From Heptranchias perlo (taxonomy: Eukaryota): a stretch of DNA of 64,000 bases. Below the pieces are notes generated by a model. It made no database searches, was not told the origin of the DNA, and saw only the letters and a program-made list of their open reading frames with translations. A program made the position numbers and the translations under genes. Location: assembly GCF_035084215.1 (NCBI RefSeq), contig NC_090325.1, positions 184,450,001 to 184,514,000 on the forward strand. The letters are read 5' to 3'. Shown here one piece after another: positions 23,126 to 35,375 of the stretch (its first letter is position 1; every line of letters starts with the position of its first letter).

Positions 23126-24085
23126 TTTGTGTCCTCCTCATAGCTTACTTTTCCCACCCAGCTTTGTATTGTCAGAACTTGGATACATTACACTCGGCCC
23201 CTTCATCTAAGTCATTAATATAGATTGTAAATAGCTGAGGCCCGAGCACCGATCCTTGCGGCACCTCACTAGTTACAGCCTGCCGACCTGAGAATGACCC
23301 GTTTATCCCTACTCTTTCTTTTCTGTCCTTTAACCAATCCTCTATCCATGCTAATATATTACCCCCAACCCCATGAGCCCTTACCTTGTGTAACAACCTT
23401 TTATGTGGCAGCTTATCGAATGCCTTTTCAAAATCCAAATATACTACATTCACTGGTTCCCCTTTATCTACCTTGCTAGTTACATCTTCAAAAAACTCCA
23501 ATAAATTTGTCAAACACTATTTTCCTTTCATAAAACCATGTTGACTCTGCCTAATCATATTATGATTTTCTAAATGCCCTGTTACCACTTCCTTAATAAT
23601 GGATTCCAGCATTTTCCTGACGACCGATGTCAGGCTAACTAGCCTGTGGTTCCCTGTTTTCTCTCTTCCCTCCCTTCTTGAATAGCAGGGTAACATTTGC
23701 TACCTTCCAATCCACTGGGACCGTTCCAGAATCTAAAGAATTTTGGAAGATCATAACCAATGGATCCACTATCTCTGCAACCACCTCTTTTAGAACTCTA
23801 GGATGTAGGCCATGAGGTTCTGGGGAGTGTCGGCTTTTAGTCCCATTAGTTTGTCCAGTACTTTTTCTCTAGTGATATATATTTTAAGCTCCTCACTCTC
23901 ATTTACACCTTGGTTCTCCACTATTTTTGGTATGCTTTTTGTGTCTTCTACTGTGAAGACAGATACAAAATATTTGTTTAACGCATCTGCCATTTCCATA
24001 TTCCCCATTATAATTTCTTCTGTCTCAGCCTCTAAGGGACCAACATTTCCTTTTGCTGCTCTCTTTCTTTTTACATACTTGTAAA
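23126..24085 (-). mobile_element. CR1 LINE, RT core (continuation)
   Basis: [44 protein letters not shown]; ALNKYFVSVFTVED. Confidence 0.92.
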
Positions 24086-24380
24086 AGCTGATCAGGAAGA
24101 AAATCACATTGCACCAAAACTGAAGTTGTAGTGTAAACACGCCTTGATTTAATGTCTTATCTGAAAGTAATAACATTACAGTCATTAATCCTTCACACAT
24201 CAACAAGTGAGAACATAAATTGTCACCAGTATCCTCACTAACAACTATTTGCATAAAAACACAGACCTAAAATGCTGTCAGATTAATCATTATTATAAAA
24301 ATGCCCTGGAGTGCTTTTGAGCCATTAATCTAATCTGATATAAATGATGATTATTATTGTTTAAAACTATGAAAGAATGG

Positions 24381-24563
24381 TAAACAATTTTACAACACTA
24401 AGTTATAGTCCAACAAATTTATTTTAAATTCCACAAGCTTTCGGAGGCTTCCTCCTTCCTCAGGTGAACGGTGGAATTTAAAATAAATTTGTTGGACTAT
24501 AACTTGGTGTTGTAAAATTGTTTACAATTGTCAACCCCAGTCCATCACCGGCATCTCCACATC
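24381..24563 (+). mobile_element. Miniature Penelope-like fold-back insertion, nested in an old CR1 3' fragment
   Basis: TSD ATGAAAGAATGG (24369-24380, 24564-24575); arms 24381-24434 and 24471-24524; CR1 continues gacagagtagataga..ctgtttcca to about 24920. Confidence 0.88.
24431..24467 (-). ncRNA. Minimal hammerhead motif (CUGAGGA variant)
   Basis: Minus strand UCAC-CUGAGGA-A-GGAGG(AAG)CCUCC-GAAA-GC-U-U-GUGG. Confidence 0.65.
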
Positions 24564-25037
24564 ATGAAAGAATGGGACAGAGTAGATAGAAACAGACTGT
24601 TTCCAGTAGTTGAGGGACCTACAAACAAGAAACCATACATACAGGTTTAAATGTAAGAGATTTAGAACAGAGAACAGGAGAAACCTCTTTACACAGAGAG
24701 GTATAAGGCTGTGGAATTCACTTCAGGGGTTAGTGTTTGAGGCAGAAACTATATGCACACTCAAGATTAGATTGGCTAGGTGGGTGAAAGAAAAGAGGAT
24801 GAAGGGAAATGGGATCAGGGTGAGTAAGTGTGATTAGGATTATTTGCTTATGTGAAGGGTTAACTTCAACACAGGCTGGTTGGGCCAAGTGGCCTGTTTC
24901 TGTGTTATAACTTCTATGTATTTCCAAATATAAATGCTGTTCCAAGTCAAAAGCATCCTTTGGACGCTAAAGTACTCAGTGCTCAGGTACTCATTGTGTA
25001 TTCATGTTTAATCTCCTCAATAATCTGCTTTCCCCAG

Positions 25038-25277
25038 GTCATTTATAACCCTAAAGGAGAAAGAAAAAAGTGTTCTTATTGAGGAATTGAAAAACATTGG
25101 AAATGGTGTTATATGCCCTATTTTACGTGGCACTGTGCCATATGGATTAGCGTACCACCACAGCGGGCTAACAAATGATGAAAGAAAGCTTATAGAGGAG
25201 GCCTATTCTGCAGGAATACTTTGCTTGCTTACTTGTACATCAACACTTGCTGCTGGTGTTAACCTACCAGCTCGGAG
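25038..25277 (+). CDS. HELQ: HELQ exon 9 (motif V)
   Basis: [38 protein letters not shown]. Confidence 0.97.
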
Positions 25278-25421
25278 GTCAGTACCAATTCATTACTGTA
25301 CCATTGAAACAATGCTGTTTGAACAGATGAAAAGTCTTGTATGATTTTCTTTCATCGATTTTTTTTTCATCTTATCACATTCACAATTTAAGAACAGCTT
25401 CAGAAGGACATACTGCATTGT

Positions 25422-25665
25422 CAGCACCTCGGTCAAGTGGCCATTCTTCATGTATGAGCCAAGACAGTGAGTGCCAGCAGGCTATTTAAAGGTGGGGGAT
25501 AGTATGGCTGCAATATAGTATGGCTGCAATAATCTTACATCCATATTTGCGCTCTTTTCCACAGGATGAGATCTGGCCAGTAGTGATGGTCTCCACAGTT
25601 GAATAGACTGGCAACCCTCACTGTCCAGGCTCACGTGAAGAATGACCAATTGGGTACAGTGCTGG
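25422..25665. mobile_element. MITE-like inverted repeat element
   Basis: tggccattcttcatgtatgagccaagacagtgag is inverted at ctcactgtccaggctcacgtgaagaatgacca. Confidence 0.6.
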
Positions 25666-26089
25666 AGGGCTGCTTCTAACTACAGAACTGCATCCCAGTA
25701 TAGTGGTCAACTTCTGGAGATGTAGGACAAGGAGATTAAAAAACAAATACCTAGCATAGATTTAGGCTTCCCTCTGGGATTTCCTTCTTTAAATAAATTA
25801 GCATAATGTATATTTTTTGGGGTGAGGGTGAATTTTAGTGAGCAATATCACAACTGATGAATGGAATATTTTTCTATCTTGGGCACCCTGTTTTAGCACC
25901 TGGCGCTTCTAGACCAGTTTAGCACAAGCCTAATGCAGAGCAGAACTGCTTTTTTCTGCCCCAACAATGCATCGTAAACTCAATGTCAGAAGAGCAGCTC
26001 CTAATTCATCAGTGTGATTTTTTTTTTCCTCTTCCCATACCACCCATCCTTTTGGCCTCTCTGGTCAAGATTGCAAAAAGGGGGGCGGG

Positions 26090-27058
26090 GGAGAGGTCAG
26101 GTGAGGGGAAATTTAGAAATCAAAAGAGAAAAGTCAAAGCAACAGAGCAGCTTAGTGATTTGGGTAAAGATAAGCAGACTGTGGCAGGAAGGGACAGAGA
26201 GTTTAATGGCAATAGTGCATCAACGAATAAGGTCAAAGCAGGGAAAAATGGTAAAAAGTTATAATTAAAGGGTCTTTATTTGAATGCACGAAGCGTTCGT
26301 AACAAGATAGACGAATTAGTGGCACAAATAGAGATAAATGGGTTTGATGTAATAGCCATTACAGAGATATGGTTGCAAGGAGACCAAGGTTGAGAACTAA
26401 ATATTCCAGGGTAATTGACGTTTCGAAAAGACAGACAGAATGGAAAAGGGTGGGGGGGTGGGAAAAGCCCTGATAATAAAGGATGACATAAGGACAGTGG
26501 TGAGAAAGGATCTTGGCTCGGAGGATAAGAAAGTAGAATCAGTATGGGTGGAAATAAGAAATAACAAGGGGTAGAAAACACTGGTGGGAGTAGTTTATAG
26601 GCTCCCTAACAGTAGCTATACCATTGGACATAGTATTGATCAAGAAATAATAGAAGCTTTTAAAAAAAAAAGGTAATGCAACAATTGTGGGGGACTTCAA
26701 AACTTCATATAGACTGGACAAATCAAATTAGCAAAGGAGGATGAGTTCATGGAATGTACCCGAGACAGTTTCCTAGAATGGAACCAACCAGCGAACGGGC
26801 TATTTTAGATTTTGTATTGTGTAATGAGACAGGGTTAATTAGTAATCTCACGGTAAAGGATTCTCTGGGGAAGAGTGATCATAATATGATAGAATTTCAC
26901 ACTGAGTTTGAGAGTGACGTACTTAAGACCAAAACTGGAGTCTTAAATTTAAATAAAGCCAATTACATAGGTATGAGGGGCGAGTTGGCTATGGTAGATT
27001 GGGAAATTAGATTAAAAGGTATGACAATAGATAAGCAATGGCAAACATTTCAAGAAAT
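26090..27058 (+). mobile_element. CR1 LINE fragment, APE endonuclease region
   Basis: LYLNARSVRNKIDEL..DVIAITEIWL..VGDF..ILDFVLCNE..LGKSDHNMIEF, with stops and frameshifts. Confidence 0.88.
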
Positions 27059-28163
27059 AACTGCCCAAACTCATTTCATACAAGATCTTCACAGCCAATT
27101 GAGAGAGGAGACTTTCACCCATCGTTCTGTGCTGGCTTTAAACCCAGATCCTCAAAGTTAACTTACTGAGCTAAGCACCCTCACACAATTATATTAATTT
27201 TTAATTGAAACACAGTTTTAAAAACTGGAGAATTTTTCAGTGACTGAGGGATGCTTCCTATCAAAAGCTGAGGCATGGGAAGGCTAGGAGCATGTATCCA
27301 GGTGCTTCTACTCAGGTCTGGGTACTCGAGCCTCTTAAAAGCAGGAAAATGGTGCGCTCAAACAGGAGGTGAGCCACAGATAAGGATTGTTTTTAAATCA
27401 TTTAAAAACCTACAAATTGTACATCGTAAGTGAATCATTACTGCATTCTTGGTGAGCCTCCTGTGAGGAAGGCTTATTAAAATTGTTTGGAGCATATCTG
27501 TATGTGTATATCAATTCTTCCCAATGCGGTAACAATTAGATGGATGGTCAGATTACAAATAATATGCAGAATAATCATTGAGGACATTGCACCTATACTC
27601 TGACTTCACCCAAGTGGCAACCTAGTATTTTTGGATGCATATAGATGTTAGGAAGGAAAGAATACTTCAAAAACCACGGAAACTCTGTACTTCCATTAGT
27701 TTTGAAATTTCAACAAAACTGTATTGTCTCCCTTTACCCATTCTCAAAGTGAAGATTCATGCTAGGTTTCTATTGGTGAGAGTGCCCTTCTAATGTCTTT
27801 CCCAAGTGATTTCCTGTGAGCATGGACTGTGAATGACACCATGCTATGGAAATCAACTCGGCATGATCTGGCCCTATGCTTGTCTGGCATCCACACACTT
27901 GCTTTTCCAGAAGTAATCACTAGGTAGCAATATAGGCATCTCCCGTAACTGCCCAGGCTGACATTGGCTAATTTAGTACCAATCAGTTAGTGAACCTTAC
28001 TGAACCATACTATGCAGTGCATATACTCACTGAGCCACTGGGACAAGCAGGACTTAATGCAAACTCAGGAGCTTCACTCAACAAGTACCGGTATCCCACC
28101 CCAGCAAAAATAGTGACACCCTCCTTACACCTGCAAAAAGTAGTAAAATTAAAATAAGGATTT

Positions 28164-29057
28164 TGGGGGAATTTTACCCCCCCCCCCCCCCCCCCGCATG
28201 ATGGGCAGGAGAGGGTCGGGGGGGGGGGGGGTTAAATTCCCAGCAACCCGTCGCAAACAGGGTCATTTCCGGTTTTATCGCAACGGGTTTGAGGGCGGCC
28301 GAGTAACCTAATCTGGAGAGGCAGGTCGGTGATTATAATTTTTAAATGAGGTTGCATTCCTCAGATTTTGGCAGCCATTTGAATTTAATGGCCACAGGCT
28401 CAGGAATCTCGACAGCTGAAGGGAGGCGGGAGCTGCCAGCTCCAGCAGGCAAGTGCTTTTCTAGCATAGCTTGTGGGTTAGGAGGAGCAGGAGTGCTCCT
28501 CAAGCAAACCTTCTCTCCCTCCCCCGATTGGCCGATCCCCACACAATTCTATCTCACCCCCGCCCCCGCGATCTCAATCACCCCACCCCCCACCGTGCGA
28601 TCTTGATCACATACACCCGTCCCCCCACCGCAGTCTCTGCCTGCCCCCCACCCGCGTAGTCTCTCTTCCCCGCACCCGCCGCGGTCTCTCTCTGCCCCCC
28701 CCCCCCCCCAAAGCCCGGTCTCTGCCCCCCCACCCCCGTGATCTCCCTCCCTCCTTGCTGCTGCCCACCGAGCCTCTCCTCTCCCCTCCCCTCCCCCCCA
28801 CCCCCCCCCCCCCCACCCTTTACCAACAGCCCCTGATCTTCTCAATTGCTGGTGACCATCCCCACTGGTCCCCGGCTGCTGCCTACTACAACAGGCTTAC
28901 CCCGCCCGGTAGCTGGTCAGCGCCTCAATCTGGCCAGCTGCCAGGCAGGAAACAGAGTAAAATAATCCTAACAAGGTCCTTCCGTTTTTCCGGGTTGCCC
29001 GGCCGCTGTCACACATCCCCCCACTTCCTCTACACCTCCCTGTAAATATCAGGACCT
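28164..29057. mobile_element. GC-rich non-autonomous DNA element (GGG-type termini); related copy at 63240-63592
   Basis: End cctccctgtaaatatcaggacc is the inverse of gaccccgatattaaccgggagg at 63240; shared ttaaatgag / ctcatttaaa block; poly-C/G interior. Confidence 0.55.
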
Positions 29058-29292
29058 TGGTGTCGACTCCAGGCATGAGTCAGGCCTGAAAATCAGCTCA
29101 GCATCAGTTTTGTGGGAGCTTGGGATAAGTGGTTGGGGAAGGGGAAAACCCAGTGGCCTTCAGCTGTGAAACACGAAACCTACAGGCTAAGGCTGGGGAG
29201 AGAGAGCTATTTGAGTAAGTCATTGAGTTGATCAATTGCTAAAAGTCCAAATTGTTCTGATTTTGCTGATCTTATTTATATTTTTTTTCAAG

Positions 29293-29434
29293 GGTTATTC
29301 TGAGATCACCTTATGTTGCCAGAGATTTCCTAAAGAGAAGTCAGTACAAACAGATGGTTGGTAGGGCTGGCCGAGCTGGTATTGATACAAAAGGAGAGAG
29401 CATTCTGATAATACAGGAGCAGGACAAACAGCTG
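29293..29434 (+). CDS. HELQ: HELQ exon 10 (motif VI)
   Basis: [38 protein letters not shown]. Confidence 0.97.
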
Positions 29435-29639
29435 GTAAAATCATTTTAAAAGTTATGTTTTAATGTAATGCTGCATGTGCTTGGTTTATTTTTGATGCCC
29501 CAGACTGATTCACATTCGTCGTTATGTTCAAAGACTAATCTCTAGAAAACTCAAGTGAAAATACACATTTCAGTGTCCCCTTAACAAAAAAAAATGTATA
29601 GGTTATATATTCTCAAATTGTCACTATGCAGCTGGGGGA

Positions 29640-30712
29640 AGGTACACTTAGGAAATGGTCGATAATTGGTTAGGAGATAGGAGACCGAGAGTAGCCGTTA
29701 AGGGTTTGTTTTCTGATTGGCGGGATGTGACAAGTGGTGTTCCCCAGGGACCTGTACTGGGGCCTCAGCTTTTCACCATATTTGTTAATGACTTGGATGA
29801 AGGAATAGAGAGTTGTATATCCACGTTTGCAGATGACACTAAGTTGTGTGGATGGGAGTAGGAAGTTACATCAACAGAGTAAGTGAGTGGGAAAAACTAT
29901 GGCAGATGGAGTTTAATGTAGGGAAGTGCGAGGTCAGCCACTTTGGATCCGAGAAAGACAGATTGGAATATTTTCTTAACGGTGAGAGACTAGGAGCTGT
30001 GGAGAAGCAAAGAGATTTAGGTGACCACATACACAAATCACTAAAAACTAGTGCACGTGTACAAAGAATAGTCAAAAAATCTAATGGAATGTTGACCTTT
30101 GTCACAAGGGGGTTGGAATTCAAAAGTGAGGAAGTAATGCTTCAGTTGTACAGAGCCTTGATCAGACCCCATCTGGAGTACTACATTCTGTTTTGGGCAC
30201 CGGACCTCAGAAAGGATGTATTGGGTTCGGAGGAGTACGGCACAAATTCACCAGAATTATAGCAGGACATAAAGGGCTAAATTATGAGGGCAGGTTGCGT
30301 AAACTTGGCTTGTATTTCTTTGAGTTTAGATGGTTATGGGATGATCTAATCAAGATGTTTAAAATGATAAAGCAATTTGATAGGGCAGATACCGAGAAAC
30401 TATTCCCTCTGACAAGGGAATCCAGAGCAAGAGGGCATAAAGATAAAATTAGAGCTAGGCCATTTAGGAGCGTAATCAGGAAGTACTTCACTCAAAGATT
30501 AGTGGAAATCTGGAATTCTCTCCCCCAAAAGGCTGTGGATGCTGGGTCAATTGAAATTTTCAAGACTCAGATCGATAGATTTTTGTTGGGTATGGGTATC
30601 ATGGGATATGGAACAAAGGTGGGTAAATGGAGATGAGGTTTAGATCAGCCATGATCTGATTGAATGGCGAAACAGGCTCGAGAAGCTGAATGGCCTACTC
30701 CTGTTCCTATGT
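29640..30712 (+). mobile_element. CR1 LINE RT/3' fragment
   Basis: [20 protein letters not shown]; LYRALIRPHLEY; 3' tail gctgaatggcctactcctgttcctatgt. Confidence 0.9.
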
Positions 30713-31095
30713 GCATGCAGCCTTTACAATGCCAGCTGAATTGTAACAATGTACAGTTTTAAACTAATCTAAAATATTTTCCTCCTATTTAAATTATTCT
30801 ATCCACTTATGTTCTGCTATTGAAAGACAGACAAGCAACCTGTCCCTAGGTTGGTGCTAAGCTGGGCAGCAGGAGGTGCACATAAGGAGCCTGAGTTGAC
30901 TCAACAACTTTCCTAATGTCAGGAAAACTACATTACCTCTGATTGATGTCTCCTGCTAAATGGCTGACCAAGATTGGGAATTTGGAATCCTATGTGAGGA
31001 TCACAAATCACAACTCCTACGTATAAATACATTGTTACATGATGCTCTGCATTTACCTAATTGTAATAACTTTGTATGTTTTGCATCTCCTACAG

Positions 31096-31200
31096 GTTAC
31101 AGACTTGGTCAGTAGACCTCTGGAAGATTGCTACAGCCATCTTATACACAGCAATGAAAAAGGAATTAAAGATCTGCTGCTATCCCTGATTGGGCTAAAG
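31096..31200 (+). CDS. HELQ: HELQ exon 11
   Basis: VTDLVSRPLEDCYSHL..LLSLIGLK; AG/GT boundaries. Confidence 0.95.
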
Positions 31201-33034
31201 GTACATGTCACATACTGTAAAAATGTAATAGTATATGGGCACTGTTCACTTAAACTGGTAATAGATTATAACTAGTTCTGGGTTTTCTTTCTACATGTAC
31301 TGTCCAGTCAAACAAAATCACGTTCTTCTGATGATATGAAAAGCATTGGTCCTGAACTTATGCCATGGATTACTAGTTACGGATGGCTAACATATCGTTT
31401 CGAAGTTCCTTTCTCTGCTCTTTTAGCAGAGACATTAACCCATTAAGAGGTAGAAAGGAATGTTAGACAAATGTGTTAAACATTTGTATGCTACTAGTTT
31501 CAGGGCCCTTGTGATTGCTGGACAGTTAACTTATGGGTTTTTTTTCGCTAACAGCAGCTGTTGTAGAAACAATTGATTAACCACTGTACTCCACTGATAT
31601 GAAATGCATGCTGAAAGATTAATGACACAATCACTACAAGTTATCAAGTGACAAATAAGAGCTGATTATTGGGAAATAATAGTCAGTATTTATTGTTATC
31701 TTGAGGTTCAGATGAAAGTTATAAAGTGCTTGAGCTTTGCTGTTCTGATTTATAACAGTACCTGAAACCCTTAATTACATTACTGCCTTACAATTACTTC
31801 AGGATATCAGTTATTCCCTGCGTAATATATGTTGAATTGTTTACTTTAGAGATTTAGAGAATCTTCAAAGGGCAAGCTATTCAAAGATAATATCGTTAAG
31901 ATTGCCAGGTTTCCCCATCCAGTCCTATATCCCGTTTCTGGAAAGAGGCTGTTTCACAGTGCAGGAAAGGATGATTTTGAATAAATCCAGTGTGTTGGTT
32001 ACTATGGTGTAAAAATCATATTCACAATTTGACTTTGTGTCATTAATGTGAGAGATGCTAGTGCTGAGGAATGGCACACTGCAATCACCCAGTGACCGCT
32101 TCAGGCACTTGAAGATTAAATATAACCTGAGCCAAATGAGGATTCAAGGTCTTCTACTGATTCCACACTTTGCCTTAAGCCCAATCTCAAAAGAGCACTT
32201 GCCTGTACATTAGTGTAAACTTCTCAATCAGATACCTTTGTGAGCTATCCCAATAGGATTTCCGGTTTGTTTGCAGTTTTGTATTATGGATCCATATCTA
32301 CTAGGAATTGAGTTTAGATTTGTCCAAACTCCTATTTCACTAATGACCCTAATAAGTGGCAGAGAGAAAAGGATTTTAACCTATCGATCTTTGCTAGATT
32401 CAAACCCAGAATCCGGAGATGAAAAACCAGCCAGTCCCCTTGAGTTTATGATTTTTAAAATCAGGATTTCTAAATTGAACTAGTGCCTAAGTTGAATTCC
32501 TAGGTTTGTGGGACAAAAAACCCTTCATGAAATTGCAACTTACACTGTAGATTATGGCACAACACTTTTTTACATACAATCTGTCTTTGTCTTCCTGCAG
32601 TCTCCCATATTCTTCCTCACAGCCCGCAGTTTGATATCGTCCACAAATATTTGATATTATTCCACCTACATGCGTGTCCAAATCATTTATGTAGATATAG
32701 AGAAAAAAGAAGTCCCAGTGCAGGTCCCTGGGTATCCCACAAACTGTACCTTACCAGTGCGAGAAATATCCTTTTACTCCACTCTCTTCATCCATGCCAC
32801 CATTTTACTTTTAGTACAGTGATATTTAACAAGGCTCTTATATGGCACTGTTTCAAATACTTTTTGAAAGTTCAAAAATACTACTCCACTGCATTACCAT
32901 TGTCTACATACTCGGTAATTTTTTCAAAGAACTTGATTAAATTAATCATGTACAGCCTGCCCTTTACAAATTGTCCCTGATTATCCCATCCTTTCTAAGT
33001 ATTTACCAGTGTTATTCCATATTGTGCTGTTTTT

Positions 33035-33750
33035 TAAATTTTGTTCTTGGGAGGTGGGTGACACCAGCAAGGCCACATTTATTGTCCATCTCTAATTGCC
33101 CTGAGAAAGTGATGGTGGGCCTTCTCCATGAACTGCTGCAGTGCTTGTGGTGATGGTGCTCCCACAATTGTGTTATGTAAGGAATATCAGGATATTGACC
33201 CCACAACAATGAAAGAACAGTGATATATATCTGAATCAGGATGGTGTGTGATTTGGAGGGGAACTTGGAGCTAATGGTATTCCCTTGATATTGCTGCTCT
33301 TGTCTTTCTTGCTGGTAGCAGTCAAAGGGCAGGAAAATGCTGTTGAAGTAATCTTGGTGAGTTGCCGCAGTGCATTCTGTAGATCGTATGTACTGTAGCC
33401 ACAGTGCACAATTGGTGGAGGGAATGGATATTGAGTCCAGTGGCAGGGGCGCCAATCAAGCAAACTGCTCTGTCCTGGATGGTGTTGAGCTTCTTGAGTG
33501 TTGCTGCGGCTGTACCATCCAGGAGAGTGGTGAGTATTCTGACTTATAGATGGTGGAGAGGCTTTGAGGAGTCAAGAAGTGTGCTACTCATCAGAGTACC
33601 CAGCCTCTGCCCTAACCAGGAAGCCATGGTGTTGATATGGCTGGTCCAGTTAAGCTTCTGGTCATTGGTGACCACCGTGATGTTGATGGTGATGGTTAGA
33701 GACTGGGCAGTGGTGGTGCTGTTGAAGGTCAAGGAGAAATGGCTAGACCC
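33035..33750 (-). mobile_element. CR1/L2-group LINE 3' fragment
   Basis: VTNDQKLNWTSHINTMA..GQRLG; homologous to 19255-19890. Confidence 0.75.
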
Positions 33751-34605
33751 TCTTGCAGTTTGCCTACTCCTAATGTTAAGCTATCTAGTTTATATTTAAC
33801 TGGCTTATCTCCTTCCCTTTTGTTATAACATAACTGTAATATATGTTAGCTACAGGATTAGCAGCAACCAAGTTCAATAAGGATTGTTCAACAAGGATTA
33901 TTCACATTATCATTATCTGAACAAAGGAACAAAATATTTTGCAACATGAGGCAAGATTGTGTCTTTGTCAGTTATATAGAAAGTGGTAGTTCAGGTCATA
34001 TTGCTTTCCCAGCAGAAGGAACGAATCATGGCACCAGGTTACTAACAAAAATGTAACATGTTCTTGAAGTGATTGGGGGATCAAGAAGGGGAACTGAATT
34101 AAATTTATTTTTAAAAATCACTGACAGAACTTGGTTTTATTGTTAAAGATTTATCATTCATGTGGCTTGTGCATGATTCAATGTGTGTATCCCAGTGGCT
34201 TTGTTTTGTTTATGTTGTTTTGAACCTCTTATGTCCCAAGTGAATATCATACTTAGTTTAATCTTGATTAAAGCTGCCTTCTTCACAGTGGTAACAGAAC
34301 ACTTAAGATTTGCTTTGGAATGAAACAAGTTTTTAATAACATTTATTAATTATACATTCAAAGCCCCAATGCCTTTTCAAACTATTTGTAATCGTAAAGA
34401 GCATATTTACAACAGTTTTCACTAAACATTTGCAGTATGTTATGTCAAGTGGCTCATTCAGTTTTTCTAAAGGATAAATAGCTATTTGCTTTTGTTGGAA
34501 AACCAAATAAAAATGTTTTGCCATGTGAGGCAACATTGTCAGCTGTATAGAAAATGGTAGTTCAGGTTGACCTTTCACCTAAATTTGTGGTTTTTTCCCC
34601 CAAAG

Positions 34606-34831
34606 ATTGCCCAGACACTTGATAAAATTGTTGAGTTCATGGCTGGCACACTGCTTGGTGTGCAGCAGCAACACCTCTTCAAAGGGAAAAGCTTTCTGGA
34701 AGTCATAGAACAAGCATTGGAATCGTTGATGGAAAAAGGTTTAATAAAGGGCAAAATATCAAGTGGTACTGGTGAAGAAGAAATGTGCCACAAGCTGGAA
34801 GTCACAAAGCTGGGTCATGCTACCTATAAAG
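34606..34831 (+). CDS. HELQ: HELQ exon 12 (winged-helix region)
   Basis: IAQTLDKIVEFMAGTLLGVQQ..LMEKGLI..VTKLGHATYK; donor G|GTGAGC. Confidence 0.95.
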
Positions 34832-34999
34832 GTGAGCTGGGCTCTCACATTTTCAGCTACTGACCTCTCGTTTATTTGGCAGCATCTGAACATTTTAAAT
34901 CTAGGAATTAAAGTGCAGGGAGCTCCTCTTGTGAAAGCGTCCTTTTTTTCTACAAGAAGAATGTTTTTCTGACAAGTGTTGTGCACTTAACCAAGCCTC

Positions 35000-35217
35000 T
35001 CTACTGAGCAGGTTTCCTATTACATAATGGTCTGGAACTGCTGTATGTGTTTCAATCTCTGTACTGGGCAGGTTTCCTACTATATAATGGTCTGGATCTG
35101 CTTTCTGTGTTTCATTCTCTGCTGGGCAGGTTTCCTAATATATAATGGTCTGGATCTGCTGTACACGTTTCAGTCTCTGTACTGAACAGGTTCACTAATA
35201 TATTGGTTTGCCTCTAG
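35000..35217. repeat. About 60-bp tandem repeat (3.6 copies) ending at the HELQ exon 13 acceptor
   Basis: caggtttcc recurs at 35009, 35069, 35127, 35187. Confidence 0.85.
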
Positions 35218-35375
35218 GATCAATAGACTTGGCTTACTGTGATACTTTGAACATGGACTTGAAGAAGAGTTTGGAGGGGTTGGTGCTTGATAACTACCTT
35301 CACCTCATCTACCTGGTTACACCATATGATATGGTATCCCAGTGTACTCCAGACTGGATGATCTACTTTAGGCAG
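35218..35375 (+). CDS. HELQ: HELQ exon 13
   Basis: [31 protein letters not shown]. Confidence 0.96.

Noticed and set aside
28342-29045. Gly/Pro-rich ORFs
   Set aside because: Poly-C/G low-complexity interior of a repeat
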